Shown: positions 26,690 through 42,002 of the stretch, piece after piece
Position numbering within the stretch: position 1 is the stretch's first letter
Layout of the letters: each line of letters opens with the position of its first letter
Assembly: GCA_964016885.1 (NCBI GenBank)
Contig: OZ024742.1
Coordinates: 258,168,001-258,232,000, forward strand
DNA length: 64,000 nucleotides
Direction: 5' to 3'
Source: Eledone cirrhosa
Lineage: Eukaryota
Made by a program: the position numbers and the translations under genes
Notes under the pieces: model-generated
Seen by the model: only the letters and a program-made list of their open reading frames with translations
What the model was told of the DNA's origin: nothing
Databases searched by the model: none

Positions 26690-28420
26690 AATCTTCATTG
26701 TCGCTAATTAAATTGGATGGCCGTTGGCGCTCATGAGTTACTCTGACCTTTGATAGTTTTGTTTTTCATACCACAGTGTGTCCAATGTGTATGTGCAGTG
26801 TTGTTTTTTGTGTTGTTATTTATTTCGTATTAAGAGTAATCTTCGTAATATGTATGCAGTGCCTCGTGGTGCTATTTTCTGTATGCTGTATATACCTTTA
26901 AGTCCGGATATTTGATTATATATCCGTCTGTGTTCTTTTTATTCATCAGTCGAAGAGCCTCTATTTTTATAGGGATTTTTTTCTGTTTACATCAAGTTAT
27001 TTCTATCTCCTCCAAATTGTTTCTCTTTTCAGTGGGTACTTTCTATCTCCAGGCCTTTATATTTGGATAATTTCTCCCTTATCTTGATAGATACATTGTA
27101 GAAGACATTTTCGTTAAATTTTAACATTAATATCTGCATGGTTGGATTTGATATCCCTGTCTCTGTATATTGGCTTATCCCAGAGGATGGTTGCTTTAGC
27201 TGCGACACATTTTCTTTTTGTAGGTCTGCCATCATTTTTCTAGTGCTATTTCGAATTCTTGGCATAACTTCAAGTGTATGTAAATTCCAACTTCGTCATG
27301 TCTGTGTATATATATTCTTTTTTTTTTTTGGCAAAGATTGGGTAGCCAAAGATAATGTGGTTAATTGATTCTTCCTCACCACCACACACTCTGCAATTAC
27401 AGTGTTCTGCTTCGTTGTGTATTTTTCATGATTTCTGTTTGGGAGATTTTGATCTTGTGCTGCAACTAAATACGTCATTTTCAGCCCCTTAACCAGTTTT
27501 ATGAACCGTGCTTGTCAACTTCCTTCCTATTCAGCTTTTTCACGTACTATTTTTTCTTGTCATCGTTTTAGCATAGCTTTCTAGAGATCTGTTTTCGATT
27601 TAGGTTTTACTATTTTACAGATTCTGTGGCTGTTTTTTTTTTTCTGTTTCTTCATAATTAACTGCCATTTCAGCTTCTTGTTTGAGTCGTTTGGCTTCAA
27701 TAAAATAAGAAAACATTTTTTTTGTTTTTTGAGGTTTCATAGCTATTTTCATAAACATTCCATTATTCTTCATTATATATATAGTACTGCAGTGGTTATT
27801 TCATAATCATTTTTTATTTGTTTCAGCTCCCCATCTCCCTGTGTTTTTGGTAGGCATAATTATTCTGCGTTATAGTGGATTGGCAGTATCGGTAGAGGGC
27901 CGGACGCCATGCTTTTCAGCAAAGAGTTACGGCCCTTTATGATCTGAGTTCAAATCCCGCCGAGGTTACCTTTACTCTTCATCCTTACGGGGTCGATAAA
28001 ATAAAGTACCAGTAATACACTGGAATAATTGCTTGCCTTGTGCCAAAAGTAGAAACAATTATATATTATTCTTCATTATATATATAGTACTGCAGTGGTT
28101 ATTTCATAATACTTTTTTATTTGTTTCAGCTCCCACCTCCCTGTGTTTTTGGTAGACATAATTATTCTGCCCCTGACATCGTGTCGTGTATTCTCAATGC
28201 AGGCTCCACCTTTCTTGTTTTCCTGTCTAGCCCCATTAGTTCTTTTTTTAATTTTAAGTTCACCATGTTAAAATTATAACTTATTATTGGGCTGGTTAGA
28301 GTATTGATTCCTATTACTTTATTTTTTGCATTTCTTTCTATCTTCCTTCATCTATATGTGATGAACTCTGTCTCGTTCATTCATTCATATGCATCTGTGT
28401 GTTTGTGTGTGATCAAATTA
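26690..28420 (-). pseudogene. Decayed R4/Dong-like LINE, interrupted by a SINE
   Basis: Fragments YLVAAQDQNL and KIREKLSKYKGLEIE are homologous to the 19.6-20.5 kb element; many stops. Confidence 0.7.
27874..28062 (+). mobile_element. SINE family A copy flanked by a ~106-bp direct duplication
   Basis: 27762-27868 is nearly identical to 28065-28170. Confidence 0.88.
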
Positions 28421-28989
28421 TTTCATCCCATTTACTTTGTCTAGCGTTATATTTGCGTTTTTCACTAGATACCTTGTCTTCAGAATTGTTTTATTGCGAC
28501 GTTATAATCCAAATGTCATGTCTATCATATTACCTCTTCCCTGCAGTGTTCAGTGATAGGTCGTCCATATAATAAAAATGGATACGTTTCTCACAGTAAC
28601 ATCTATAACCAGGTTCAGTTTACATTGCTCTCTCCGATAATAGTGCCAATGCTAGGCTGCTAAGAACTGAGATATGTTTAGTTTTTATACATTAATCCTT
28701 TGATTGTATCTGCAAAACTGTTTCCCATTCACACATGTCATTTTTTATGTATCTTTTTATTGTTAACTTTAGATTGTTTATTGGCTTGTATTGGTGTCGA
28801 CGTAAGGAAAACACTGTCCAAAAGACTTTAGGAAATCAATCGACGACATGCTGATATTTGTTTCCTGTTTTTAGTTTTATTACATGGTTTTGTAGAATCT
28901 GCAACTGCAATGTGGTGAGAGGAACAAATAAACCACGCGGGTTAACATAGGACATGTTCAGGCCTTAGAGAGAGTGGCCTATTTGAAGA

Positions 28990-29660
28990 ATATATTACAG
29001 TCTCAATTTCATACCGCAAAGCTGGTGGTAGCCTGCGACATTTCTTGGGAGGGATGCGATGGATGCAAGAAGACTGCGTATTCGGAGAAGTATTCGGAAG
29101 GGAGAAAAGCTTGATTATTGAAACCTGGATCATGACAACCCTTATATGCGAAGAGAAGGAACTAGTGGATGAGGCTAGATGCTACAGGCTAGATAGACTC
29201 GCACCTCTGATGTTGTAGATGTGGATAGGGGATGAAAACTCCACTATTTACGTGTGGAGCCAGAACTGATTGCACAGGCGGGAAAGGGAATACTCTCAAG
29301 CCACTGGCTGTCAGAATACTTTGTAGACTGAATCCAATTAACCTGTTGAAGCTTAGACTGAAAGATAGTTATCTGTGGGAGGTACAATCTTATGCACTAA
29401 ACAAGGAGTCCGAATACATGTATTTCCTTGTTGAAGTCAGTGCAGCGTTAGATGTAGTTAAGACTGAGTCGTATATCCTGTTGTGAGACTTCAATGGACA
29501 AGTTTGCACTGACAACCTAACATGAAAATGAGCGAATGGAAGTAATGCACACCAAGATCTAAATATGAATGGAGAGGCCTTATTATACTTCTGTTGTAGC
29601 AATGGATTTTCTATTTTGAGCACCTTCTTCCAGCACATAGACATTCATAAATATACATGA
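28990..29660 (+). pseudogene. Decayed RTE-like AP-endonuclease region
   Basis: EVQSYALNKESEYMYFL and a degenerate GDFN motif (GAGACTTCAATGGACAAGTT); a related fragment lies at ~35700-36070. Confidence 0.5.
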
Positions 29661-30315
29661 TGTGATTATGATAATGATCATCATAATAATAATGGTCTCT
29701 ACATTTCGCACAATTATAATTGTCTCTACAAAGGCCAGCAATTTGATGGAAAGTATTTTATTTCATGGTCCCCCTAGGATTGGAAATATGTTTTCCTTGT
29801 TAGCATGTGTTAGAAGGATGGTCATGGATCAATGGTTTACTTTATCAAAGCCACTGATGTCTCAGACGTACTGGGCTTGCAACTTGCTTACATATATTTC
29901 CGTGGCTTGCGGGAGATTGTTATGTTGTGACACAACTTAAGCATCCTCTCTACAGATTGGCAAGTTTTAAAGGTATCTAAAATTGAATGTATGAAGAAGT
30001 TTCCAAGCCAACATTAAAAGAAAAATCCGTGAAAAATAATATGATTAACTTGAGATATCAAAATATATCCCAGTCAAAGAAATCCCTAGGCGAGTAACGT
30101 AAGAGGAATTATTTGACAGCTATATATCTAATGTTATATGGGATATTAAAATCATCGATTATATGTTTATTTATGTTTCTTGTGATTGCCATTTCACCGC
30201 AATGTTTCTTTGTTTTTTTGTTTTTGTCTATCAACTATTGTATCTCTATATTTATTAATCAAATATCGATATATCAATTACTGATGCATTAACCGTTTAT
30301 TTTTATACCGAACAG

Positions 30316-30468
30316 CAGAATACATCTATGTTTTTTTACAAACGTATGTAAACACCTTGTGTGTATATTCCATATATTTGAAGATAGAAAGAATGAGCTC
30401 TCAGTTTTTGAAGAAATTCGGCGAGTGATTGAAAATATTCCGGTTGATTCCTGGGTTTCTGTAAACAG
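30316..30468 (+). other. Candidate internal exon of an unidentified host gene
   Basis: T-rich tract plus CAG acceptor, 153-nt open frame (RIHLCFFTNVCKHLVCIFHIFEDRKNELSVFEEIRRVIENIPVDSWVSVN), consensus donor AG/GTGAGT. Confidence 0.35.
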
Positions 30469-31781
30469 GTGAGTGGTATGGCAACATGGCGAGAATATGT
30501 CAATACAGATAGAGAATGGCTTACTATAAATGGAAAATATCGACCTTTAATAATTGGCATTTGCACATTAGTTAGCGAGCACATGGATGTATCACTTGAA
30601 ATAGGCGAAGGTTTTAGTAGCTCTATAGCGTTGTGTTCGAACTGCGTCGGTTGAAGCAATGAGTTGTCCAGTTGATTCGATGAGCAAAAGAGCATGCGCG
30701 GGTAATCAACATGGGTGTTGCTGAGCATTCCACAGAAGCGTATACATTTAACTTAGATCTCAGGAAGATTCAGCGTGAGGCAGTAAGTGACGAAGCTGCT
30801 CCTTAAACTTATATTTACAACACAGCTTTGCCCACTTATTGAACATGAACAACCTGGAATATTGTGTCTTACTTTAAAACATAACAGGCTAACATGGCCC
30901 CCACGATCGTAATCCTAACTCCATAAACTCTAAGAAGTACACCTTTACAGGGGAAGAAAGTAATACATTTAACAATATCTTATTCAATTATATTCTACCA
31001 GAATTAAACATTTTAATAGCATGTGAAAGAATGGATTTAAAATTGCCATAAATATTAACCGCTTTTGCAGTTTGCTAGAAGGTAATTGCTCTTGTCTTGA
31101 TATGAACAGCTACCTAATGGTGAAACGTGTACGATCAATCTCCTACACTTTCTCTGTACGAAAGTAATTACTATTATGTGTTTATCTGTGTTACCTTCCA
31201 TGGCATGCCTTGTAATTTGAAACTGTTGCTATAGGAATATTTCATTTATATGAGATTTTGTAATATACGCTAGGTCGGCTATAACTTGTTGTTTGTAGGC
31301 ATTCGTAGCCGTAACCTATGTAGATTTCAATTGTTAGATGAACGGAACAGCCGCCTTATCAGATTAGTGCCCCTACACAAAGCTGGATATATAACGTAAT
31401 CCGTAGGGACATTCAGCACAACCCAATGTGTGACATGAGAGGCATTTTCAGTTACTCAATTCTGCCAAATGAGTGAAATTGTGAAATACGAAATTTATAT
31501 TATGTCAAGGACACAACGTGTCTCTTTGAAAATAACCACGTGTTTTTTCGTGTTCAGATTTTTATTATGTAACTATTTACGTTGCACAACGAATTGTGAT
31601 TAAGCCAATTGGAAAGAGCAAAGTGGCTTTTATCCTCACGCAAACATATGCACATATATAAACACCTATATCCTCAACATACACACACACACACATATAT
31701 ATATGTATAGGAAAATGTTCAGGACCACGACGGCAGAGCTCAAGCCGTTTCAACGGCTATTTCTGGACTCTTCCTCCATTA

Positions 31782-31870
<89 letters not shown>

Positions 31871-31880
<10 letters not shown>

Positions 31881-32812
31881 CGTAAAATAAGAAAATTAAA
31901 AAATTAACTTACTTACTAAAAAATCACTTCCAACTAATTAGTTTCTGGAATGGAGTAAATATATTTTCCGAAGAAATTTAAAGAAAATCATTCCGTCATC
32001 AGGAAAGTCTTTTTCCGTATAGGTCTCCAGGCATAGCGAGGAGACTGGAAACTTAGTAAAAAAATAATTCAGTGGAATGGAAATAGCGATGCGTGGACTG
32101 GATTCCAAGCCATTGAGAAAATCACTGCCTCTACGTCCGTGGCAAATTCAAAAAGAATCAATCACGCGACATCGAGGTCAATCAGTGGAAAGCGAGTGGT
32201 TATTAAGACAGCGGCCAGCTTACTACCATAGTAGCAGTCATGGCCAAATATTGCTCGACAAATGAATTGGAGATAATTATAAGGAATTTATATCTAGTAA
32301 CATCTATATACACACAGATGCATATCAATGCTAGCAAATATATAGTTGCTAGCATTGATATGCATCCGTGTGTATATAGATGTTACTAGATATAAATTCC
32401 TTATAATTATCTCCAATTCATTTGTCGAGCAATATTTGGCCATGACTGCTACTATGGTAGTAAGCTGGCCGCTGTCTTAATAACCACTCGCTTTCCACTG
32501 ATTGACCTCGATGTCACGTGATTGATTCTTTTTGAATTTGCCACGGACGTAGAGGCAGTGATTTTCTCAGTGGCTTGGAATCCAGTCCACGCATCGCTAT
32601 TTCCATTCCACTGAATTATTTTTTTACTAAGTTCCCAGTCTCCTCGCTATGCCTGGAGACCTATACGGAAAAAGACTTTCCTGATGACGGAATGATTTTC
32701 TTTAAATTTCTTCGGAAAATATATTTACTCCATTCCAGAAACTAATTAGTTGGAAGTGATTTTTTAGTAAGTAAGTTAATTTTATAATTTTCTTATTTTA
32801 CGTCTCTCATAT
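31871..32812. repeat. Near-perfect palindrome (~465-bp arms, centre 32341/32342)
   Basis: Arms are reverse complements with only a few mismatches; partial direct repeat of the right-arm start at 32871-32929. Confidence 0.95.
32675..32757 (+). ncRNA. Hammerhead ribozyme (mirror copy on - strand at 31926-32008)
   Basis: ACTTTC-CTGATGA-CGGAATG..CATTCCA-GAAA-CTAATTAG-TT-GGAAGT; stem III palindrome ACTAATTAGT. Confidence 0.85.
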
Positions 32813-32923
32813 TATTGTTCTGCAACCCCATGCATTGAACAACATTGTTAATAAGACAAAACCTATATATTTGCTAGCATTGATATACATCTGTGTGTAT
32901 ATAGATGTTACTAGATATAAATT

Positions 32924-32958
<35 letters not shown>

Positions 32959-32983
32959 CTGGCTCCGTACCACACTTCCTTCG

Positions 32984-33162
<179 letters not shown>

Positions 33163-34385
33163 TATATAAGAGGAATTTGGGGCCAAACTTGTCATTGGAA
33201 TTGTCAGAAAATGTGTGACAAAATTCACTGGACAATTATACTCCCGTTGGTTTGATAAAGAACACTGATGAATTGATTACTTTCTTGATTATAAACACCG
33301 AAATGAGTAAATTATATTGGAAGCCTGACCCACCCAAAGCACATAAATATAGCTTTATGTTTGTCTGATTAACTGCAAGGCCGTTATTCTTTCCAGTATA
33401 AAACATCTCTGCAATCCTTTCTGGCTATCACAACATGAGTATGAATCATTTGATATTCCTACATCATATGCTAGGGGGAAATACTTTTACATGTCTTAAA
33501 AACATGTGTTTTCAGAAAGAGAATTAAGAAAGCGTGAGATTTACTTTTAAAATTGTTTTACTTATAACTTAAACGTTTCTATATTTACATGCTTTGATGT
33601 ATGAGGAAAATGTAATTTATAGATAAATAGGATTTACGAAGCGAAGTAATAAGCAATACAATATATATACCTACATGTTATGAAAATGTCAAGTATTTGT
33701 AAATTCTTATGTATCCTGCATGAAATATTAAATCAATACAATGAGAGGAATGGTAAATGTTACATGCGAATTCTACTGTTTGAATATTTAAATAATCTTA
33801 AACATGCATGATTTAAATATAATCAATATTTGTAATATGTATTGGGAAAATAAATAGGAACAGATATGAAATGTCATCCAGTTCTGCACAATTTTCTTAT
33901 GTAAAATAATTCAATTGTAATATACGTAGAAACTGTTGTGAATGCATGTTATCCCTGAATGTTTGATAAATTCTATTTACGCTCACGGGATCATATGTTT
34001 AATCTCACTATGTTGCAAGTAAGCCTGTGTCATTTACCATTAAATGTTTCCCATTTACACACACACACACACACACATACATATACACTTAGATATGCGT
34101 ATACATATTGTTTCTGAGCTAGTGATTTAAATTCAACAATGGTAGAAGACCAAAATATTTATAACAAGGTTATTACGGTGATCATTCAAGCGAACAAAAC
34201 ATCACTAGTCATGTACAACTCATTCCTATAAAAGAAAATCAGACACGCACCCACATAAGTATACATACATACATAAATATATGCATATATATCGAGTACT
34301 CTGGTGCGTTATGGTGCACCTGGTTCCTTACCACACTTCCTTCGTTACACACACACCACATATATATATATATGTATATATACGT

Positions 34386-34436
<51 letters not shown>

Positions 34437-34719
34437 CGTGTGTGTGTGTGCGTAAATAACTAATTTTCTCTCCATACAAAGCATAGAAGGGGAGCATCCC
34501 CTAGCTGTTCACGACGGTGTGGAAATATATATACATATATATATATAACATATATAATATATATATGTATATATATATATATATATATAACACCTGATGA
34601 ACAATCGAGACGTATATTAATATCGTATAGGATCCAGAAACTTTGGTAATAGAGTAGTTATATATTGTGTTGTTCACTTTCTAAATAGTTTCTAAAACGT
34701 TTCCTGCTATTATTTAGCT

Positions 34720-35560
34720 TTGGCCGTAAAATCTGCCCAATGATTCTTTCCTCAAACTTTCTTAACACATGCCCATATTAACGGAGCTGTGATCTTTCAA
34801 TTCTGAAAAATAGCGTCTCTGTCTTAAGCGACTCTCTGATGCTCAAGATATACACTCTATCGAGTAACGTTCTTCCAAAAACTCTTCGGAAAAACATTTC
34901 CGTCGTGTGTTTTTGCGATCATATTTTTTCCAATCATTACCCACGATTAATGACCATATGTAAGGTTTGGCATGAACACCAAATTGAAAATAGCGTGTTC
35001 GGTTTATGCACCTACCCTATTTTTCTGATTACCGAATGTGGAAGCTTGTACTTACTACACCCGCTCCAGCAATTATTTCAGCTAAGTCAATCTCCTGCCT
35101 TCCATCTCTCATGAACACTACTCCGGGTTTCATAAACTGCTCCACCTGCTTTATTGTTTCTCCACTCACATGGAAGGTGCATTTAGCAGGCTTCCTTGCG
35201 AGGACGATAGTCTCAGTCATTGCAGCACGGATTTTCATGCCAACCATGCATCATTCAACATCAAACCTGCCAATTGCATGTCGGAGTTCAAATTTTGATA
35301 AGTTAAGTAATACCACGTCATCTGCAAATACCAACGGACTGAAACTACACGTTCCAGTCGTGATACCACGTCCAGCCCCAGTGCGCATGTCAATCCAAAT
35401 TATGAGAAATGTACCGATTTGTTGATTGGTGCGAAAGACACCAGCAAAAGAAAGCAATATGGCGAGACAAAATAAAGGCAGACGTAATACATCGTGCTTC
35501 TCGTGGGGTTTTAATGGAGGCGTGCAGGCCTTAGATAGACGAGCATCTTCGAAAAATATA
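34720..35560 (-). pseudogene. Decayed RTE-clade LINE RT fragment
   Basis: LVFADDVVLL; GMKI..TETIVLARKPAKCTFHVSGETIKQVEQF..GVVF. Confidence 0.8.
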
Positions 35561-37136
35561 TTGCAGTCAAGATCTCATGCTGTAAAATCTGGTGAAGGAC
35601 CTGTGTCCTGATCTGGTAGGCGTGGATAGGATGACCATATATTACGTAACCCTAGACTCCAAATACTGTTCAGAAGGGAGCAAATCATATACATTGGAGT
35701 CTTAAACCCATTCAGGTAAGGAGCAGCTTTTAATGGAGAATGCAAGTTCCTACCATATAAATAAAGTTGACGTTTCCTCAAAAAAGTTCCGTCGATCTAT
35801 TATTGTAAATTTGGTTGGTGGATGAAAACGTCACTATACATGTGTTGCACCAGATATAAAGGCAAAGGCGGAAATGGGGATACTCACATGCCACTGACTG
35901 TCAGAATGTGTTCTGCTCTGAATTCCATTAGGAGGGAAGATTTGCCTCCTGAATTTCAAATTGAAAGATAGGTTTCTTTGTATGGTGCAAATGTATTCAC
36001 CAAAGAAAGAGTGTGAATGCGAATCCTTCCTTGATAAATTCATTGCAATTTTTGATCTAGCTGAGTCATATACACATGTATTGCGTAATATTTTACCTAG
36101 GTTAACTTTTATAATATTTAGCTGTGAGATTTTTCATTGTGTGTTGAGTGTATGGGACTGCTATCTAGTGGTTTTAAATAAATGTAGATTATTACAGTTT
36201 ATTGTGTATTATTATTTAGAATCTGTGTAATATGGCAGCTGCAGCTTGAAAACATATGTCACTCCAAAACTGGTACCAGAACGGGATTGTGTTTCGATTT
36301 TCGAGATATGAATCAGCAAATATGAAATTTAACTGAGGGAGGATCATGTATAATGTCTCGGACCTAGTTAAGACATTTGGTCTGTAATTAGTTTTAGGTA
36401 TAATGAGAGTATTATGTGCATATTGAGACATTCAGGGAATACTTTGTGTTTTCTTCAAGGAGTATTTACCTTCGGGTGTATGCGTTTGACGGTCCTATAT
36501 GCTTTCTTACATATACATTCATACATACACACACACACACATACATATACATATACATATATATGTGTGTGTGTGTTTTGTGTGGGTGTGTGTGTGTGTG
36601 TATGTTGATATTTAGTATGATATGAACATATAGAAATGTAGTGTTATTGCGGTTAGGTAGAACAAAGGAACTCGGGTATTGCAGTTGAAGTTATGGCAGA
36701 TCAAACTGCAGATAGTACAATGGACATAGAAATCTTTAAGAGAATTTATAATTTACGTTGAGCTTCTACTATCGCAGTCATTACTGAGATCATCATATAG
36801 ATTAGTGGCGAAGAGTGTAGTTCCATCTATACTGATTATGGGTAGTGGCCTCCAATAATTATATGGTTAGACATCTTGTGTCCAGTTATCATGGAATATC
36901 AAGAATCACATATAACATCAAACTATATAATTCGCTACGGCCCATACACTCACATGTATCACTATTACTCTTTGTCATTCTCTATCTATATATCGATCTA
37001 TATGCATATATATATATACATGCATATATATATATGCATATATATACATAACTATATATATGTGTGTGTGTGTGTGTGTGTGCGTGTATGTGTGTATGTG
37101 TGTATGTGTGTATACGTATATAAGCATATATATATC

Positions 37137-37184
<48 letters not shown>

Positions 37185-37473
37185 TATATATATATGCTCA
37201 TATATATATATATCCACATATATATCTATGTATGTATTTATAAATAATGTGATTGAATATGCATGAATAGTTATGGATGTGTGTGTTTTCTAAGTTCTGG
37301 AGTTTTAATCGTGCTTTCATGTAATGCACTGCACTGGGATAATTGCTGGCCTTGTGCTAAAAGTAGAAATAATCATTGACCTATATGTACAGAAACAAAC
37401 CGTTGCACATATCCACTCGTACACATATACATGCTTACATATTTACATACACAAAAATCTTAGTATATATATT

Positions 37474-37814
<341 letters not shown>

Positions 37815-38109
37815 ATTATGTTGAGAGTACTTGATTTAGGAGTCGCAGAAGCCCAAATGCTGGATTTTACCAACCATCCAGAGGTCCGGGTAAAATTTTC
37901 AATCACATATTTTTTTATTTGTTTGACGCGAATTACTTGGTCGTTTCTATGGCTGTGCGGATGACGGTTTAACCATCGTCTCAGTGTGTTTGGCCTTTAA
38001 CGTATGTTGTAGCTCTGGTTCGTCAGAATTATGGAGCACTTGCCACACATCTCGGAAGTTGTTTTTCGCTAATTCCAAAGCCGAAATACGATTCTCGCTA
38101 ATTTATATT

Positions 38110-38179
<70 letters not shown>

Positions 38180-38758
38180 TACATACATACGTACGTACAT
38201 ACTTATATACATATAAATATACTAACATGCCTATGCTTATATGTGTGTATGTCCATGTGTTTGTGTATATTCATTTATGTATAAAATATTTCTAAGTGGG
38301 AATAAATGTGTGGAAGTGATGTTAAGTGCGTGTAAGTGTGTATGAATCATCATTGAAGTCAACACTAAGTTCCATTTGTTTTCGTATGCTGGTGGGGACC
38401 AGAAACATGACCTGAGTAAAATTCTAAAAGAAATCGTTTTGTGATCTTTCTGATAATAGTTATCAAGCAATGGCTCCTGTGTAGAATCACTGATATCCTT
38501 CCTACTGTGCTGTGTAATTCACACAGCTTGAACATGAGAAAACATCTTTTGTCTGGGAATGATGGAACAAAGCATTCAATCTGTATCCCGCATGATCAGA
38601 GGCGTTTGAACTCCACATGACTCCTTCGCTGTTCAATCAACGTAATCAATTATGCTGCTAACTTGTACATACACACACACACATACACACCTAACACACA
38701 CACTCATACATACACACACATGCACGCATACACACACATACACACATACACACACACA

Positions 38759-38833
<75 letters not shown>

Positions 38834-38976
38834 TCTCGCTAATATTTTCCGCGTTAAGAAACCGATCGCCATGTTTGTACATCGGGTGTTAGTGTCTAAT
38901 AAAAATATGCTTGCTTTTAGTAGTAGTAGTAGTAGTAGTAGTAGCCAAAGTAGTTATTGTTGTTGTTGTTGTTGTT

Positions 38977-39007
<31 letters not shown>

Positions 39008-40675
39008 ATTAGTAGTAGTAGTAATGTGCGGTATTTCTATACACTCTGTATCAGCATGTGTGCAATTTGAAACACTTTAAACGTTAATGAATCTCAATAG
39101 AGTATTTCTACACTTTGAGAGACCATGACAAGATTATAAATCTAAAACATCTATGTCCGTTACACTATAGACACATTGCCTAGCAGAAATTATTATACTT
39201 TTGACGTGAATTCCCACTAGAACATGTGGTTATAAAAACCGTATTCTTAACTGAATCAAGACGTTAGCAGATTTCGCGAAATTTTGAGTGGACGGGGGAT
39301 TTGTGCAAGCCTTTGATACCAGAGGCAACATGCTTAACCAAAAACGAAATGCACTCTGGAATATAACTTAATGACATTGAGAGGTATGGCTTATGCAGCC
39401 TGCAGGGACGCCTATGAAGTAAGTCAGTGAAAAATCTTCCTCAGCAATCCAGATGTCAGCGAGAGAGAGGGTAATATCTGGGACGAAAGTAATCTCAAGA
39501 AACAGAGCATTTACACATTTGGAGGTACGCTAAGAGAGGAAACTCTAGTGAGTCGGGTGGTGATGTTGATATTGTTGTTTCATCAATACTATATCTACCA
39601 AATTTATTTGTTAACACAAGCGTTTAATTATAAGTTTGAAAGCAGAGACAACAGATGAAATCTGCAGTCGAATCTTGTCGAGGAGAAATATAATCCATAT
39701 ATACCGTTTAATTGCACCACGAGTGACTAAAATGTATCAGTTCAAAAGCGTTCATGAGTCATGATCTATATGCGTCCCGTCTCTCTTAGTGTGTGAGAGG
39801 TTAAGGGGGAAAAATATTACAAGTGTCAGGAGCGGATTGTTCTCTGAAGTCCTTGTGCTATCCAGCTACGAAGTAGTATCTTAAGTCTGTGTTTATACAT
39901 ACTTTTACTACTCAAGGAAAAGTTATATAATGGTGCTGCACATTTTGTGTAACATGTCGGTATCACTCTAGATAGCATTGTATGATTCCTGTGGTGATTG
40001 TGTGCGTATGTAATCTAGATATGCAGATACATAGATAGATAGATAGATAGATAGAGAGAGGAGATAGAGAGAGAGAGAGGGGGGATAGAGAGAGGGAGGG
40101 GGGGGGTGAGAGAGAGAGAATGAAGAAAGGATTTGAATGGTTTTGGCTGTAGTATTGGAAATATATAATTTTTGTTTGTATATATTAAAAATATGGGTAT
40201 CATAAGCGTCTTCCTGTCGAGTTTTCTCGCACATATATATACATATATATATATGATGATGGCTGCAACTCGATTTCAAGTAATACCATCACTTGATACA
40301 TAAGTAGAGGCATCATGAATGTGGCTCTTTTGTCCTGCTAGGGACTTGCCTATGGCCAGTTATACAATGCATTGCGAAATATGTCACATATGAAGCGATG
40401 CCTCTGCATGAAGCATTTGAACGGTTGAAGATATATAGTATCTTCTTAAGTACACATCGGCTGAGTAGCCTCATTTGCATACCGAGTGAATTCCGGCTGA
40501 CTCTGCCGAAAACTAAGAATAAAAATTTGAATTTTATCTTTCGCCCTAGCACAGCTTTTACACAAATATGCATACATACACAAACGAATCGAATAATTGC
40601 CAAAAAGTAAAAACAATTATTAATATTCGCTATAACCCATATGTATATATATATATGTGTGTATATATATATATA

Positions 40676-40742
<67 letters not shown>

Positions 40743-41830
40743 AGAGAGGCGGGAGGCAATAATTGTTGTCGTCATTAAAACGTATGATAGAGTGGTCTGT
40801 GATATCGGTTCCCCCCTCTCCTCTCTCAGTTCAAGTTCTGCTGAGATGCAATTTTCCTTTCGTCTATACGAGATAAATAAAAAAAAACATACTAGCGAGT
40901 ACTAGGGTAGATTCTTCTTCTATATCTATTTCTCATTATCTAACCTTCCCTGGCAAAAATCAGACCTCGAGAGTTACCCGCTCGGCCTGACTTGCGATAT
41001 GCCGAAGAAACGGCGTATATCAATGCGGCAACCTACTAATCTAATAGGATCTGGGGCAACAAACCACACCATATCTATATGCATATATGTGGGTATGCGT
41101 GTGTGTGTGTCGGTATATATCTATATGTGGTTTTGGGTATGTGTGCGTGTTTGCGTTTGTCTCTGTGCCTTTGTTTGTGTCCCGAAGAATAAGTATCAGA
41201 CTTGAAAATTAATGCACTGTTATTGATAAACGATGGCAGAGCACCAGTATGGCCGCAGGCAGATTACAAAAGCCGGTAAACTTATACAGAAATAATTAAT
41301 TTAATTAAATTAAACCTTTTCATACATTATAGATTTGATGTTTCAAATTACAAATGCTGCATGCAACGAATGAGAAAGGCGCAGTCAGATTTCCATTAGT
41401 TTTAAGTCTATGTCACCACAACCTTTTTAAATAGCCAACTCAAGCAGAGTCAGTTAGGAGATATAGGTAAATAATGGCAACTATTCAGATTATATTTAAT
41501 GTAACTTCCCACTAAATCGTTACCGTTAAAGATGTGCCGGAATTAATTCCTATACGTACACAACCCCGCTCACTCACTCTTACTCCCTCTCTCTCTCTTC
41601 CGCTTACACATATGCACATATATTCATATATATAGATATAAATACACACCCACGCTTGCAAATAACGGAAAACATTTAAATATGTATACATACATATTCA
41701 AACACAGCCTTATGCACAGCCCGCACATACATACACAGTTAGCCCCCCCCCCCAAAAAAAAAAACACACACATATATATATATATATAATTAATAATGGT
41801 TGAAGTAAAGTAAAGCTATTAAGACAAAAT

Positions 41831-41907
41831 AATACTTCAAAATACATTTTCATCCTCAAGACCAACATAATTTTCTAATAGGAGTTTAGCACTCGTCAGG
41901 GAATATT
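41831..41907 (-). ncRNA. Degenerate hammerhead motif
   Basis: AATATTCC-CTGACGA-GTGCT..AGGAT-GAAA-ATGTATTTT-GAAGTATT. Confidence 0.55.
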
Positions 41908-41960
41908 AAACGTTGTACATGTATCTATATACTTACATATATATGTATCTGCAATTATTT

Positions 41961-42002
<42 letters not shown>

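Noticed and set aside
34588-34655. CTGATGA..GAAACTTTGGTA motif
   Set aside because: Core words are present but stem I does not pair; at best a relic
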